A DNA stretch of 64,000 nt from Mobula birostris (lineage: Eukaryota), in contig NC_092376.1 of NCBI RefSeq assembly GCF_030028105.1, positions 26,892,009-26,956,008 of the forward strand, given 5' to 3'. Position 1 is the stretch's first letter; every line of letters begins with the position of its first letter. The translations under genes were made by a program, and so were the position numbers. Under the pieces are notes generated by a model. That model was given only the letters and a program-made list of their open reading frames with translations. It was not told the origin of the DNA and searched no databases. This document shows, piece by piece, positions 12,686 to 25,736 of this stretch.

Positions 12686-14253
12686 CAAGGATAGATTTGT
12701 TTCTATTATCAATGCATATTCAACACAGAGTGAAAAATATGGAATATAAAGCAAGAATATTATCAGATCATTCTCCTTTATTAATGACAATAATAATGGC
12801 TGATAAGGAAGAAGTGGCTTATAGATGGAGATATAATTCAACACTATTAAAACATCAAGATTTTTGTGATTTTATGAAAAAACAGATTCAATTTTTTTTG
12901 GATACAAATTTTCATTCAGTGGATGATAAATTTATATTATGGGATGCAATGAAAGCATATCTTAGGGGCCAGATAATAAGTTATACGTCTAAAATTAAGA
13001 AAGTATATATGGCAGAACTAGATCAATTGGAAAAAGAGATTACAAAAATAGAAAAAGAATCTCAAAGATATATGTCAGAAGAAAAACGAAAACAACTTGT
13101 CAATAAGAAGTTACAACATAATACGCTTCAGACATATAGAACGGAAAAAGCAATTATAAGAACTAAACAAAGGTATTATGAGTTAGGTGAGAGAGCACAT
13201 AAAATTCTTGCCTGGCAGTTGAAAACAGAACAAGCTTCCAAAACAATAAATGCAAATAGAACAAGGGCAAATAAAATATCTTATAAACCTCTTGAAATAA
13301 ATGAAACCTTTAAAAAATTTTATTCTGAATTATATCAATCAGAATCCCAAAATGATGTTAATGAGATAGAAAGGTTTTTATCACAAGTTTCTCTTCCAAA
13401 ATTGAAATTGGAAGAACAGAAGGGATTAGATATGTCTTTTACATTAAAAGAAGTTGAAGAAGCTTTAGGATCACTCCAAAGTAATAAATCTCCAGGAGAA
13501 GATGGTTTTCCACCTGAATTTTATAAAAAATTTAAAGATTTATTATTTCCTCTTTTTATGGAACTAATACGTCAAGCAGAAAAAATACATAAACTTCCAG
13601 AATCTTTTTCAACAGCGATTGTAATAGTATTGCCAAAAAAAGACAGAGATCCTATGAAACCAGCATCATACAGGCCTATTTCTTTATTGAATACGGATTA
13701 TAAAATAATAGCAAATATTTTATTGAATAGATTATCTAAATATTTACCAAAATTAATACATATGGATCAAACAGGATTAATTAAAAATAGACAATTGGCA
13801 GATAATGTAACCCGGCTACTCAGTATAATTCATTTGGCACAAAAAAAGGATGAGAAGAGTATATTTGGCACAAAAAAGGGATGAGAAGAGTATAGTAGTA
13901 GCTTTGGATGCAGAAAAAGCATTTGATAGACTAGAATGGGATTTTTTATTTAAAGTACTAGAAAAATATGGGTTAGGGACATCTTTTATAAATTGGATTA
14001 AAACTTCAAATTCTAACCCTAAAGCTAAAGTAGTGACAAACTCTCAAATTTCAACACCATTCCAGTTAAAAAGGTCAACTAGACAAGGTTGTCCACTATC
14101 ACCTGCTTTATTTGTATTGGCGATAGAGCCATTAGCAGAACTAATTAGAATTGATCCAGATATTATGGGTTTTAGAGTTAATCAGGAGGAATATAAAATT
14201 AATCTTTTTGCCGATGATGTTTTGATCTATTTAACAAACCCACAACATTTGTT
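12686..14253 (+). mobile_element. Internal L1 ORF2 fragment (end of APE endonuclease to RT FADD), flanked by a perfect 62-bp direct repeat
   Basis: SRIDLF, LSDHSP, KSPGEDGF, YRPISLLN, LDAEKAFD, TRQGCPLSP, LFADD; only lesion is a 31-bp tandem duplication at 13832-13893; repeat copies at 12624-12685 and 14254-14315. Confidence 0.92.
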
Positions 14254-15063
14254 AGAAAAGTAAATTTTAAATTGTCCCATTCAGGCCTAAAGATTTAATT
14301 ACTTGGAGGATTTCTTACTCTTTTAAGATAATGTTTTTCCTGAGGGTGGTGGTGGCTGGAGAAACTTGTGACTGTGAACCAATCTCAGGTTCTGGGGCTT
14401 CCACTGTGGTGTTTGTAGGATTTGACTCTGGGACTGCAGGAAGTGGTTCTGGCAGCTCTGGACACCTTTCTTCTCCAGCAATCGACTCTGCTCTCCTCAG
14501 CTGATCCATGTGCCAACTCCAGACAACATCAGGTGCAATCTCCACCATGCAGGAGAGTGGTCCCATTCTGGTCCTAATCTTTCCAAGTGCCCGATTTTGA
14601 TCAGCTACAGTATGTAGCCCTCTCCAGGATTGCTTGTCCACAAGTGAAGCATCGAACTTCTTTGTTTGAGGAGCCCTCAATTTGTCTCAGCTGGTTATCC
14701 TGCATCCTCCTTCTGAGATCGTCTTGAGTACAAGGGTTGACCCAGGAACAACACGGCTTGGCTGGTGAGTTGTCGGTTGTGGAGTGTGCTGCATTGCAAT
14801 ATGCAAAGAGGAAATTGGCAAGCTTCCTATTCAGTGTCAGTGTGGTGTGTTCTGCTGACGTTGCTCACAGTGTGCTCTTTAGATTCTGGACTAATCTTTC
14901 CACTAAGCCATTTGTAGCTGAGTGTTATAGTGCAGATGTAACATATCTTATTCTGTTCATTTTCAAGCAAGACTAAAATCCTTCTGCAACAAACTGTGGT
15001 ACATAGTCACTAAGTGTCCTGGAATACCAGTCTTTGAGAAGAGGCTTCCCAACACACCAACAA

Positions 15064-18000
15064 TGTGACGAGAGACCTTGACAAGGATGATTAGGACTCA
15101 AGTGCTAGATTATCCAAGACTAGGATCAAGACACAATATGAGACTGAAACACGAAAAACGAGCTCTACACAAGATGTTAGACGATAACCCAAGTTGAGCT
15201 TACGATTGAGCACTGAACCTCTGTTCAGGTGCTCCTTAAATACTGAAATCCTGGCACCAAAACGCAGCAGCCAATTAGTGAGATAGTCCTGAAAACTAAA
15301 CGGGGCCACAGCAGCTACCCATTTTCTGAAGGGTTAGAGTGTCTAAACCCTGGAAGCTGGCATGGTTGGGTGCTTGTCGTAACAGGACCCCCCTCCCCTG
15401 TGGCCGACTCCTGATGGCCCTGGCTGCTCGGAGAGATGGTGGTGGTAGTCATGGGTGAGAGCTGGATCCCAGATGGCCTTTTCAGGCACCCAGCACCTTT
15501 CCTCGGGTCTGAATCCTTCCCAGTCCATGAGGTACTGCCGAATATCCCAAACCTTTCGCAAGTCCAAAATTCTTCTTACGGTGAAAACCTGTTCCCCTTT
15601 GATAAACCTGAGTGATGGCGGGGCTGATGGTGGTGGGGCTAAGGGACTGGTTCTGTCAGATGTTAACTTAGAGATGTGGAAGGTGGGATTGATCTTCGGG
15701 GTCTTGGGGAGCTGCAGGGTGTAAGGCTTACTTTCTTGAGGACTTTGAAGGGTCCAATGAATTTGGATACCAACTTTCTAGACTCCACCCAGAGAGGCAA
15801 CTCCTGAGTGGTCAGCCAGACTGCAAAGCGGGTCCCTGTCTTATCCTTCAGTTACTTGGCTTCCGCCTCCAGGCCACCAAAATCTCTCGCCCTAGTCCAC
15901 TTCTACTTGTAGTGTTGGATGTGATCTTTGGCTGCAGGAACCCCAACCTTGGCCTCCTGCCCCTGGAAGAGTGGCAGAGATTATCCAAACTTGCACTCGA
16001 ACGGTGACATCCTGTGCATTAAATGCCATAAGGTGCTGTGGGCGACCTCTGTCCACGTCAAATGGTCACACCACTCATCAGGTCTTTCTGAGGCCAGGCA
16101 TCTTGGAGTTCATTCCAAATCTTGGCTGACCCACTCCGTCTGACCGTTAGACTGCAGGTGAAACCAGAGGAAAGTCTTGCTGTTGCCCCATTCAGCTTTC
16201 AGAAACGTGATGTGAATTGTGGACCTCGATCCATTACAATGTCCATCCTTGGCTCCTGAAGACTTGATTCAGGACAATTTTGGCAGTCTCCACCACAGAC
16301 GGTAGATGGTCCAAGGTAATGAATTTGCAAGCCTTCGAAAACCAATCGACAATTACCATGATGACAGTCTTCCCCTTGGAAGAATTGGCGAGTTGGTGTA
16401 TCAACTTGGCTTGAGGTAAAATGGTGGTAGGCTTCTCCTCTCTTTCAGGTTTGTCGAACTGACAAGATAAGGTGTTCGGTTTCTGGTTCTTTGACCCCAG
16501 TCGATAGATCAGGACAAAATTGAAATGGTTAATAAAAAGAGACCACCTGGACTGCCTGGACGTCTCTTGGCCTCCTGAATGTAAGCCAGGTTCATGGGAC
16601 TGTCCAGACAATAAAAGTGTTTGTGACCCCCTCAAGCCAGTGATACCATTCCTCCAAGGCCAACGTAACCGCAAGTAGCTCCCGATTCCTGATGTCATAG
16701 TTTCTCTCTGCTGAGGATAGACGCCTGGAGAAGAACCCACACAGGTGCAGTTTACTGTCCAGAGGTGACCATTGAGACAACACTGCACCCACTCTGATGT
16801 CTGAGGAGACCCACCTCCATGACAAAAGGAAGGTCCAGGTTAGATAAAACCAAGAGCAGATGTGAACTGTTGTTTGAGCTCTGCAAAAGCAGCCTTGGTA
16901 GTCCAGACAATAGGGTCTGTGGATTTCTTAGTCTGAGCCATCTGCCACTCAGCTGAAGTTCTTGATGAACTTCAGGTAAAATATAGCAAATCCTAGGAAT
17001 GGTTGGAGTTGTTTGACACAAGATGGTTGTGGCCAGTCTCTGAGTGTCTGGGTCTTGGTGGGATCCATCTTGAAATTGACATTGGAGATGATGAAACCCA
17101 AATATGCACATGAAATTCAGACTTCTCCAGCTTAACATAAATTCATGGTCTAGAAGCTTCTTTAAAATGTCCCTGACATGGGTGGTGTGCTCCTCCATGG
17201 ACTTCAAGGAGATTAGGATATGATCCAAGTAGACGAAGGACGTCATTTATAAAGACCTGAGAAATTGCTGGAGCGTTTGCAAAACTGAAGGGCATAACCA
17301 GATGCTCATAGTGCCCTGTCAGTGTACTGAATGCATTTTTCAACTCATCACCCTCCTTCATGTGGACCAGATTGTATGCACTCCACAAGTCTAGCTTCGT
17401 GAATACTGTTGGCCCTCGAAGAATCTTGAAGGCAGTATTCATGAGTGGAAAGGGCTAACAATTCTCGGCCATCATGTTGTTTAACCATCTATAATCAATG
17501 CATGGTTGCAGGCGCCCATCCTTTTTTTTGTACGAAGCCTACGCCGGCTGCTGAGGTGGAGGGCTGAATAAAACCCATGGAAAGAACTTCATTTATATAC
17601 TCTTACATTCCGTTTCTCTCTGGGCCTGAGAATGAGTATAATCAACCTCACAGTGTCATGGTCTGGTCTGTGAAGTCCGCATTCTAGTTCACGGTCTGGT
17701 CCATCGATCTGTATTCCAAGTTTTCTGGTTTTCCCTTGTCCTGTTGTGTGCCTTAATTGAGGCACATGATCCTCATTTTGGGTTGGCTATGTAAATAGCT
17801 CCTGGGTTCAGCTTCATTTGCTGGACTGTTCCCTTCCCCTCCCCTTCCTTCTGAAGCCTTGCCTGTGTCCTTGCCTGTATTGCTGTCAAGTTCTACTGCT
17901 GGAGCAAGACAGAGGCCTTGCTGTGTCTATGTTCTTTGGAACTGTCTCTTTGTGTCCTCGCCTTCGTTAGGTAGATCTGACCATTTGCCGCTACCTCCTG

Positions 18001-18750
18001 TTGGGAACCGTCTCTGTGTCCACACCTTCGCTAGGTAGGTCCGGCCATTTGCTGCTACCTTGTGTTAGGAACCATCTCGTCATGTTCAGCATTCTGTGTA
18101 TGAGTCTCGGCCCTACATCCTGTTCCCAAGGAAGGGTCCCAGCTCTGTGTTCCATGTTCCTGTCTCTCAAGACCCAGGCTCTGTGTTCTGCGTTCCTGTC
18201 TCCCAAGATTACCAAGGCTTTGTGTTCTGTGTTCCTGTCTCCCAAGATTACCAAGGCTCTGTGTTCTGTGTGCCTGTCTCCCAAGACCAAGTCAAGGCTT
18301 TAGGTTCTCGTCCTGTCCACGTGCCTCGTCCTGTGCAGGAGTTCCACGTCCAGTCCTGTAGCCACGTCTCATCCTCGCCTAGATCCGGAGTCCAAGCCCG
18401 AGTCAAGACCCAGGTTCCGAGTCCCTGTCCAGTCTCTGGCTCGGAGTCCTTGTCCAGGTTCCAAGTTCCTAGTTCCTCTTCCAGGTCCCGCTTTCCTAGT
18501 CTAGTCCTAGCCCAGGCCCTGTATCCTAGTCTCATCCAGGGCCGGTGTCTTGTCCAGCATCCTTTCTTCCTCACTTCCCTTGCTTTCTTGACACACCTAG
18601 TCCTGTTCCTAGTACTTTAGTGTCTGTGTCTTGCATTTGGGTCCACTCCCATCAACGCCCACTTTATGACACAGAGGACAAATACCAGGCAATAGGTCTG
18701 TAGCACTGTCATACGGTCAAGCACGTTCCCTTGCTGAAGACCTCTTCCAA
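15064..18750 (-). mobile_element. Chromodomain-bearing Gypsy (Sushi/chromovirus-like) pol remnant with 3' LTR, nested in the Mag-like element
   Basis: LTR 15064-15384 (TGTGACGA...TCGTAACA), PPT 15385-15398; chromodomain QYLMDWEGFRPEERCWVP; integrase IVDWFSK; RNase [16 protein letters not shown]; RT FTKLDL...[16 protein letters not shown]. Confidence 0.88.
17654..18671. mobile_element. Solo LTR (about 1.0 kb) with internal 39-bp tandem repeats, inserted in the Sushi-like RT
   Basis: TGTCAT...ATGACA termini, near-TSD CACAG/CAGAG; removing it rejoins RPYDSATDLLPG-ICPL...LYSFSGPE; repeat units start at 18143, 18179, 18218, 18257. Confidence 0.75.
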
Positions 18751-19749
18751 GTCTTTGAAAGGATTTTGAGTGGTTTGAGTATTGCAATTTCCTTCAGACC
18801 TTCCCTCAAGGTTGACTCTTAAGGCTTCTTAGGTGGCCAAGGTGATTTGACAGACCTCAGAGTCTCCTCTCTAGGTTCACGAGGCTCATTCGTTGGAACA
18901 GTGGCCAAATCAGAGTCCAAATCCTCATCCGTATCTTCGGGTGGCCCCAGCGAGGTATAACAAGTGGTCCTTGTGCCCCCGGGAATTGGTTCCAATGGTC
19001 TGCGTTTAGGAGTCTTTCCTTCATTCAAGACCTGGCAACTGGATCCCTTAGGCTTAGCTGCTAAAGCTCCAGACTGCTTGGGCACCTCCGGAATAGAGAT
19101 CCTCTCTCTCTAGTTCTAGCATGCCCCAAATTGACAGGGTCAGGACTTGCACAATCCTGTTGACTGGAGCTGGCTTGTCTGTCCTTAAGTGCAGGACTGG
19201 ATCTCCAGAAGGCTTCAGGGTACCCTGAACTGAAGTCTATCCCCTCGTTAGTCCATAGTTTCAGGAGAGTCTAGGTGTTGGAGTACCCAACCAAAAACAT
19301 AACCTCTTACACCATCTGGACCAAGTGATGATCCTTCCTCCCTTCCAGTTCATGGAAGGATTGTGCAAGGGTGCCCGAGGTTCGGGGGTATGAGAGGCAA
19401 GTCAATGATATAGAAGCTAATATCCTATCCATACATGATCCTCAGTTTTCATCTGTAAACCCAGTGTCTGCTGCCGGATCTGCCTGGACCCTGTAATGTT
19501 GAATCAGCCTTGCAGGTCCAGCAAGTGAGACAGAAAACACTGACTGCAAATAAGTGTATTAATCATTTATTTACAAACAGTAAAAATTCAACCAAACGTT
19601 CATGTTCCCCCAAGTTACAGACGCTACAAAGCTGAATATTCAACAGGCATATGTACATCCAGCAAACACACTTAGGAGTGCACTCAGAGCATACCTTCCC
19701 AACGGCCAAGTGCATCGCTTGCCTTAAACAAAGGAAGAGAGACAGAACC

Positions 19750-22420
19750 TCCCACACGACTCTCTATATACTCAAGATATTTGGAACTGGACACCAGACA
19801 GCTATACTCAAAATTAGGCCTCACCAAAGTCTTATACAGCTTCAACATAGCATCGTGCTCAATACTTTGATTTATGAAGGTCAGTATGCCAGAAGCTTAC
19901 TTTACGACTCTATCTACATGTGATGCTACTTTCAGTGAATTATGGACTTGTACTCCCTGATTCCTTTGTTCTCCCACACTCCTCAGTGCCCGACCATTCG
20001 CTGTGCAAGACCTAGCCTGGTTGGTCCTACCGAAGTATAACACCTTGCACTTGTGTGCATTAAATTCCATCTTTTTCCAGCTGGTCAGATCCAGCTGCAA
20101 ACTCTGATAGTCTTCCTCACTGTCCACTACAAACTTGGCATCATCTGCAAATTTGCTGAACCAATTAACCGTATTATCATCTAGATCTTGATATAGATAA
20201 CAAACAACAATGGACCCAGCACTGATCCCTGCAGTGTTCTACTAGTTACAGGCCTCCAGTCAGAAAGGCAACCATCTACTACCACTCTCTGGCTCACACA
20301 AAGCCAATGTCTAACCCAATTTACTACTTCATCCTGAATGCCAAGCCACTGAACCTTCCTGACCAACCTCCCATGCGGGCCCTTGTCAAATGCCTTGTTA
20401 AAGTCCATGTAAACAACATCCACTGCCTTTCCTTCATCAACATTCCTGGTAACTTCCTCGAAAAACTCTAAAGATTGGTTAGGCATGGTCTACCACACTC
20501 AAAACCATGTTGACTATCCATAATCAGTTCCTGTCTACTCAAATACTCATGTTCGGCTCACTGGCCTACAATTTCCTGGTTTATTTTTAGAGCCTTTCTT
20601 AAACAGTGGAACAACATTAACTATCTTCCAATCCCCCGGTACCTCACTTGTCACTAAGGATCATTTAAATATCCCCCCTAGGGACCCAGCAGTTTCTAGA
20701 TTTGCCTCTCACAGGGTCCGAGAGAATACCTTGTCAGGCCCTGGGGATTTGTCCACCCTAATTTGCCTCAAGACAGCAAACACCTCCTCCTCTGTAATCT
20801 CTATAGAGTCCATGACCTCACTGCTACTTTGCCTCATTTCTATAGACTCTGTGTCCATCTCCCAAGTAAATACAGATGCAAAAAAATCATTTAAGATTCC
20901 CCCATCTCTTTTGATTCCACACATAAATTATCATTTTGATTGTCAAGTCAAACTAGAGATTCTAGAAAGTATTGGGACCTAGAGCCAAAAGAAAATAAAA
21001 TTTGAAAGTAATAGCAAGAATCCACTGATAGACTGGATGGAACTCGCTGCCTCTGTGCTGCTTCCGCCCAGAACATCGGGGGGACCCAGCAGCATCACAG
21101 CGGCAGTCCGGGAGCAGCGTTGGAATCTGCAGTAAGATGCTAACTTTAAATAACTTGAGAGACTGTTTCATGGAAAAGAGCACTGCTGTCACTGCATTTT
21201 GGGTTAGCGCTAGCTTCACGTCACGGGGATCATCGCACGCAGGTGCTTCTGGGAAATGGCGCGAGGTTTAAGAAGAGCTCGAGAACCTTCGGGAGGGGTC
21301 GCCTGGTTTGAAAACATAAAAGTCTATTAGGGAGCGAAGACTGTGCAGGTCGAATCTGTCTACAAAGTCCGGAGAGGCAGCCAGTTTTCTCGACCAATGA
21401 CCAATGTCTGATGGGTCTGATGGAACTAACGGAACTATCAAACTGCCACACTTGTGAAGAATAAAAGGAGGATAAAGGAAAAGTTGTTTGGTCATTGAGT
21501 GGAATCCAATTAAAAAACCTTCGGGTAGAGGCATTCAATCTCTTTCAAGTGGGGAAGCTGCGCATGTTCAAAGAAGAAAAAGAAATCCGACTTGACATTG
21601 ATCTTCCAGGGGACCAATTTTGTCCCTTGCAATCCTTTTGCCCTAAACATATCAGTAGAATCTTAGGATTCTCTTTCTCTTTGTTTGCTAGGGCAACTTC
21701 ATGCCTTCCTTTAGCCCTCCTGATACCTTAAGTGTTCACTTGCATTTCTTATACTCCTTAAGCACCTCATTTGTTCCTACCTACATATACCTTCTATGCA
21801 CCCTTTTTTTCTTAACCAGGGCCTCAATATCTCTTGAAAACCAAGGTTCCCTGCACCTGTTATCTTTACCTTTTATTCTCACAGACACGTAAAAGTGTTA
21901 TACCCTCAAAATTTCACTCCTGAAGGCCTCCCACTTACCAAGTCCACCTTTGCCAGAAAACAGCTGTTCCAGTCCACACTTACCGGATCCTTTCTGAAAG
22001 CCTCAAAAATGGCCTTTCGCCAATTTAGAATCTCAACCTGTGGACCAGACAAATCTTCCTCCATATTTACTTTGAAACCAATGACATTGTGATCACTAGA
22101 TGCAAAGTATTCCTCTACACAAACTTCTTTCACCTGCCCCAACTCATTCTCTAGTAGGAGATCAAGTATTGCACACTCTCTCATTGGGACTTCTGTGTAC
22201 TGATTAAGGAAACTTACATGAACACATTTGATAAACTCCATCCATTTAGTTCATTTATAGAAAGGGAATCCCAGTCAACATGTAGAAAGTTGAAATCACC
22301 TACTATAGCAACTTTATGTTTCTTGCAACAATCTGCGATCTCTCTATAAATTTGTTCCTCAAAATCCTGCAGTCTAAAATCTAGCCCCATTAATGTGGTC
22401 ATACCTTTCCCATTTGGATA
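19750..22420 (-). mobile_element. CR1 LINE (endonuclease-RT portion)
   Basis: IVGDFNF, SDHN, KSPGPD, VDVVYMDFNKAFDK, QGSVLGPLLFVIY. Confidence 0.88.
20941..21597. mobile_element. Solo LTR (657 bp) inserted in the CR1
   Basis: 9-bp inverted termini TGTCAAGTC...GACTTGACA; perfect 5-bp TSD TTGAT (20936-20940, 21598-21602); CpGs retained. Confidence 0.8.
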
Positions 22421-24431
22421 TGGATCTATGGATTCAATCTGGTTCACAACGCTGTTGTTGTTGCTGACTTCTATTGTTTAAATGATTTGTTTTGTGTATT
22501 TTTCTCTTTCTCTGTGAGCACTGAGGGTTGGTCTTATTTTATCTTAATTGTTTTTTTTCAGGTTCCTTGCTTGATGACTGCCTGTAAGCATACAAATCTT
22601 AAGGTTGTATAATTTATACGTTATTTTATAATAAATGCACTTTGAAAATTTATTCCTCAGTTCCACCCATAAAGACTCACTAGGCAAGTTCCTCAGTATT
22701 GCCTTACTTTCATTACTGGGTTGATGGTGACCTTAAAATTACCACAGATTCTTACAGACCTATTCTTTTTGGCTGCTGGGATCACTGGCATTGCCTATGA
22801 GCTCCACTAAACCTCGGAAAGAGTTCCTTCAGCCTCCACGCTATTTAGCTCACTGGCTAGTTTATCACAGATGGTGAAAGGAACTGGATGGACTTCGTAA
22901 AACTTGGATGAGGCATTTTCATTTAACACTATTTTACCTTTAATATGTTTGACTTTTTGAATGCCATCCTTGAACACTTGTGACATCATCCAGTACCTTT
23001 CTTAATTCGCTTTCAGTTGATTCTGTTGCAGGGAATGTGGCATGCAATTGGTGGATGGATCTCCAATCAAGTTGTAGTCGTCTCAGCCAATCATGGCCCC
23101 ACAATGCTGGCCTTCTTGCTTTTACCACATACAAACCCAATGTGGCTTGTTGGTTGTTGTATTGCACAGTTATGAGTGTCACTCCCATAGGAGTTTCTCC
23201 AGTATAAGTTCGCAGTTGGATATCTGTAAGCTTCAGTTCAATATCTTTCAAACGCCATTCAAGTTCATTTTTTGGAATGAGTGAAACAGCAGAACTGGTG
23301 TCCAATTCCATTTTCATTAATTTGCCAATCACTTCTGGTGTAAGCCATATTGCTTATCTCCTGTTAGTTTTTCACATTACAAAACCCACTCCTGTGTCAC
23401 TCTCATCATAATCAGATTTCTCATCAACAGCATGCAGCTTAATGCTCTTTTTGAAAATGTAACTTGACTTTATATCTTTTTCTCTTCCCAGTGCAGTCTA
23501 TTTATTTTTGTCTATTTCCCAACATGCTCTTTTTGTGTCCTACTTTGTTACATTTTCCGCAAGTTTCACCTTTAAGCTAATATTGGTCTGGTGTATGTGA
23601 GCCCTGCCACAACAGCATGGCAATTTGTTTGGCCAGACAAGTTTCTGTTTAGACTTCGCAATTTTGTTCACGCTCACTTTCATTATTGACTGCAACTCAA
23701 TTGCATCTCTGTCTGCTGTTTCCTTTGATACAGCAATTTTAACTGATCTTTTAAATGTGAGTTGTGCTTCAATTAACAACCGTTTTTGAAAGCTTTCTTG
23801 CAAGATTCCACAAACTAAACGATCTCTCAGTGCATCATTAAGCCCATCACTGAACTGGCAGTGCTTGGATAATGTCTTCAGTTCAACCATGTACGCTGAA
23901 ATGAACAGCGCCTTACTTTTGATACCGCTTATGAAACTTAAAGCATTCTGCCTTCAACAATAGTTTTGGTTCTAAGTATTCCTGCATTACTTTCACAATA
24001 TCAGTTAAGCTCAGTTTGGCTGGTTTGGTTGGAGCAGTTAAACTTCTAAGCAAACTGTATGCTCTTCCACTAATAGCACTCAGCAAAATGGGCACTCGTT
24101 TCTCATTAGCTATTCCATTTGCTTTAAAATACTGCTTAACTTGCTCAGTATACATATTCCAGTTATCTCTTATGCAAGCAAATGTGTCTATCTTTCCTAT
24201 ATAGCCAGCCATTTCAGCTTTTTTAAATTTATTATTATCACCTGGTACTCACTACTTATGAACCTGTGAATTCCACACATTTTCTGCCTTTTTTAAAAAA
24301 ACTTGACATCTTTCTCTCCTTTCTGAAGAACAAAAAACCTGCTGCGCTATTCTTCTTTGACTTGAGTGTCTTGCAGTGCTTCAGCAGGTAGGTAGCCATT
24401 TCGGGTTTGCTTTAAAATTCCTCGTCATCGC

Positions 24432-24669
24432 TCTTATTGCTTTGTAACTCCAAAAATTAATCAAAAGAAAAACACAGGGAGACCAGGATAAACATGTCTA
24501 CTTTGTTCTTTACTTTTTAAATGAGGCACTCATTTATGTCATGGTGGCATAATAACATTCATGTATTTTTACATATAATCCATAATGAACTATGGAAACA
24601 ACAAAGAATGCTTAATCAAACAATATATTTGCGATATTCCTCAAATACTACTGAAATATTAAATACACA
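24432..24669 (-). repeat. 5' LTR of the Mag-like element
   Basis: Homologous to 12293-12525, adjacent to PBS-like sequence and TSD. Confidence 0.8.
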
Positions 24670-25442
24670 CCAACAATGGTGCTTATTTGAGCTGATCCAT
24701 TTCCCTGTATTTGACCCTTATCGACTAATATCTTTCCAATCCATGTATCTTTCTAAATGTCTTTTGTACATTGAAATTGTACCACTCTCACATTTCCTTC
24801 CTCTGGACAAATAGGACTACCTTAGATGGGTGACTTGAACAACATGGGTGATTAGGACAAAAGGACTTGTTTCCTTGCTGTTTTATTCTGTCTCTGGCAG
24901 CCTATTCCACACACCTACCACCCTCTGTGTGAAAAACTTCCCTTACCTCCCCTTTAAATCTTTCCTCTCTCGCAGTCTGCTTTCAGGTAACCTGGGTCCT
25001 GGATAATATCTGTCCCATCATTGAGTACTTCTACATGCAACGCTGTCACAAGAAAGCAGCATCCATCATCAAAGACCCCGCTATCCTGGCCACGCCCTCT
25101 ACTTTCTACTATCGTCAGGCAGGCAGTACATTAGCTTTACCTCCCACAACACCAGGTTTTGGAACGGCCAGGTTCCCTACAACCATCAGGCTCATGAACC
25201 AGCATAGATAACTTCAATCACTTCAACTCTGAACTGATTCCACAACCTACAGAATCACTTTCGAGAACCCTTTACAACACATGTTCTCAGCATTAGTTTA
25301 TTGCACAGTTTGTCTTCTTTTGGTCTTTGATTGTTTGTCCAATTTTGTATAGTATTTTGTAAAATTCTATTCTTCTTTTTTTTGTAAATGCCTGCAAGGA
25401 AATGGATCTCCAGGTAGCTTATGGTAACATATACATCCTTTG

Positions 25443-25736
25443 GGCACGTGGTCAAGTGGTTAAGGCATTGGACTAGCGACCTGAAGGTTATGAGTTCGAG
25501 CCCCAGCTGAGGGAACGTGTTGTGTCCTCGAGCAAGGCACTTAATCACACAACACTGGTGCCAAGCTGTATGGGTCCTAATGCCCTTCTCTTGGACAACA
25601 TCGGTGTCATGGAGAAGGGAGACTTGCAGCATGGGCAACTGCTGGTCTTCCATACAACCTTGCCCAGGCCTGCGCCCTGGAGAGTGAAGACTTTCCAGGT
25701 GCAGATCCATGGTCTCGCAAGACTAACGGATGCTCT
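25443..25736 (+). mobile_element. tRNA-derived SINE
   Basis: A box (TGGTCAAGTGG) and B box (GTTCGAGCC); 14-bp TSD atataCAtcctttg / atataTGtcctttg (reciprocal CpG decay). Confidence 0.8.

Larger units (their letters stand above)
12293..24669 (-). mobile_element. Old Gypsy (Mag-like) LTR retrotransposon, internally deleted and heavily nested
   Basis: Two related LTRs (12293-12525, 24432-24669); 5-bp TSD CCAAC at 12288-12292 and 24670-24674; PBS-like sequence at about 24418-24431; PPT aagcaggaagaag at 12526-12538; gag (23540-24212), protease MELDTSSAVSLI (22940-23332), RT start (22700-22990), integrase C-terminus (14316-15063). Confidence 0.88.

Noticed and set aside
15343-17650. Domesticated Sushi-derived gene (RTL/PEG10-like)
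   Set aside because: Multiple frameshifts and stops, YLDD changed to YLDH, interrupted by a solo LTR.
18143-18290. CRISPR-like 39-bp repeats and the repetitive ORFs over them
   Set aside because: No unique spacers, no cas genes, eukaryotic context; tandem repeat inside a solo LTR.
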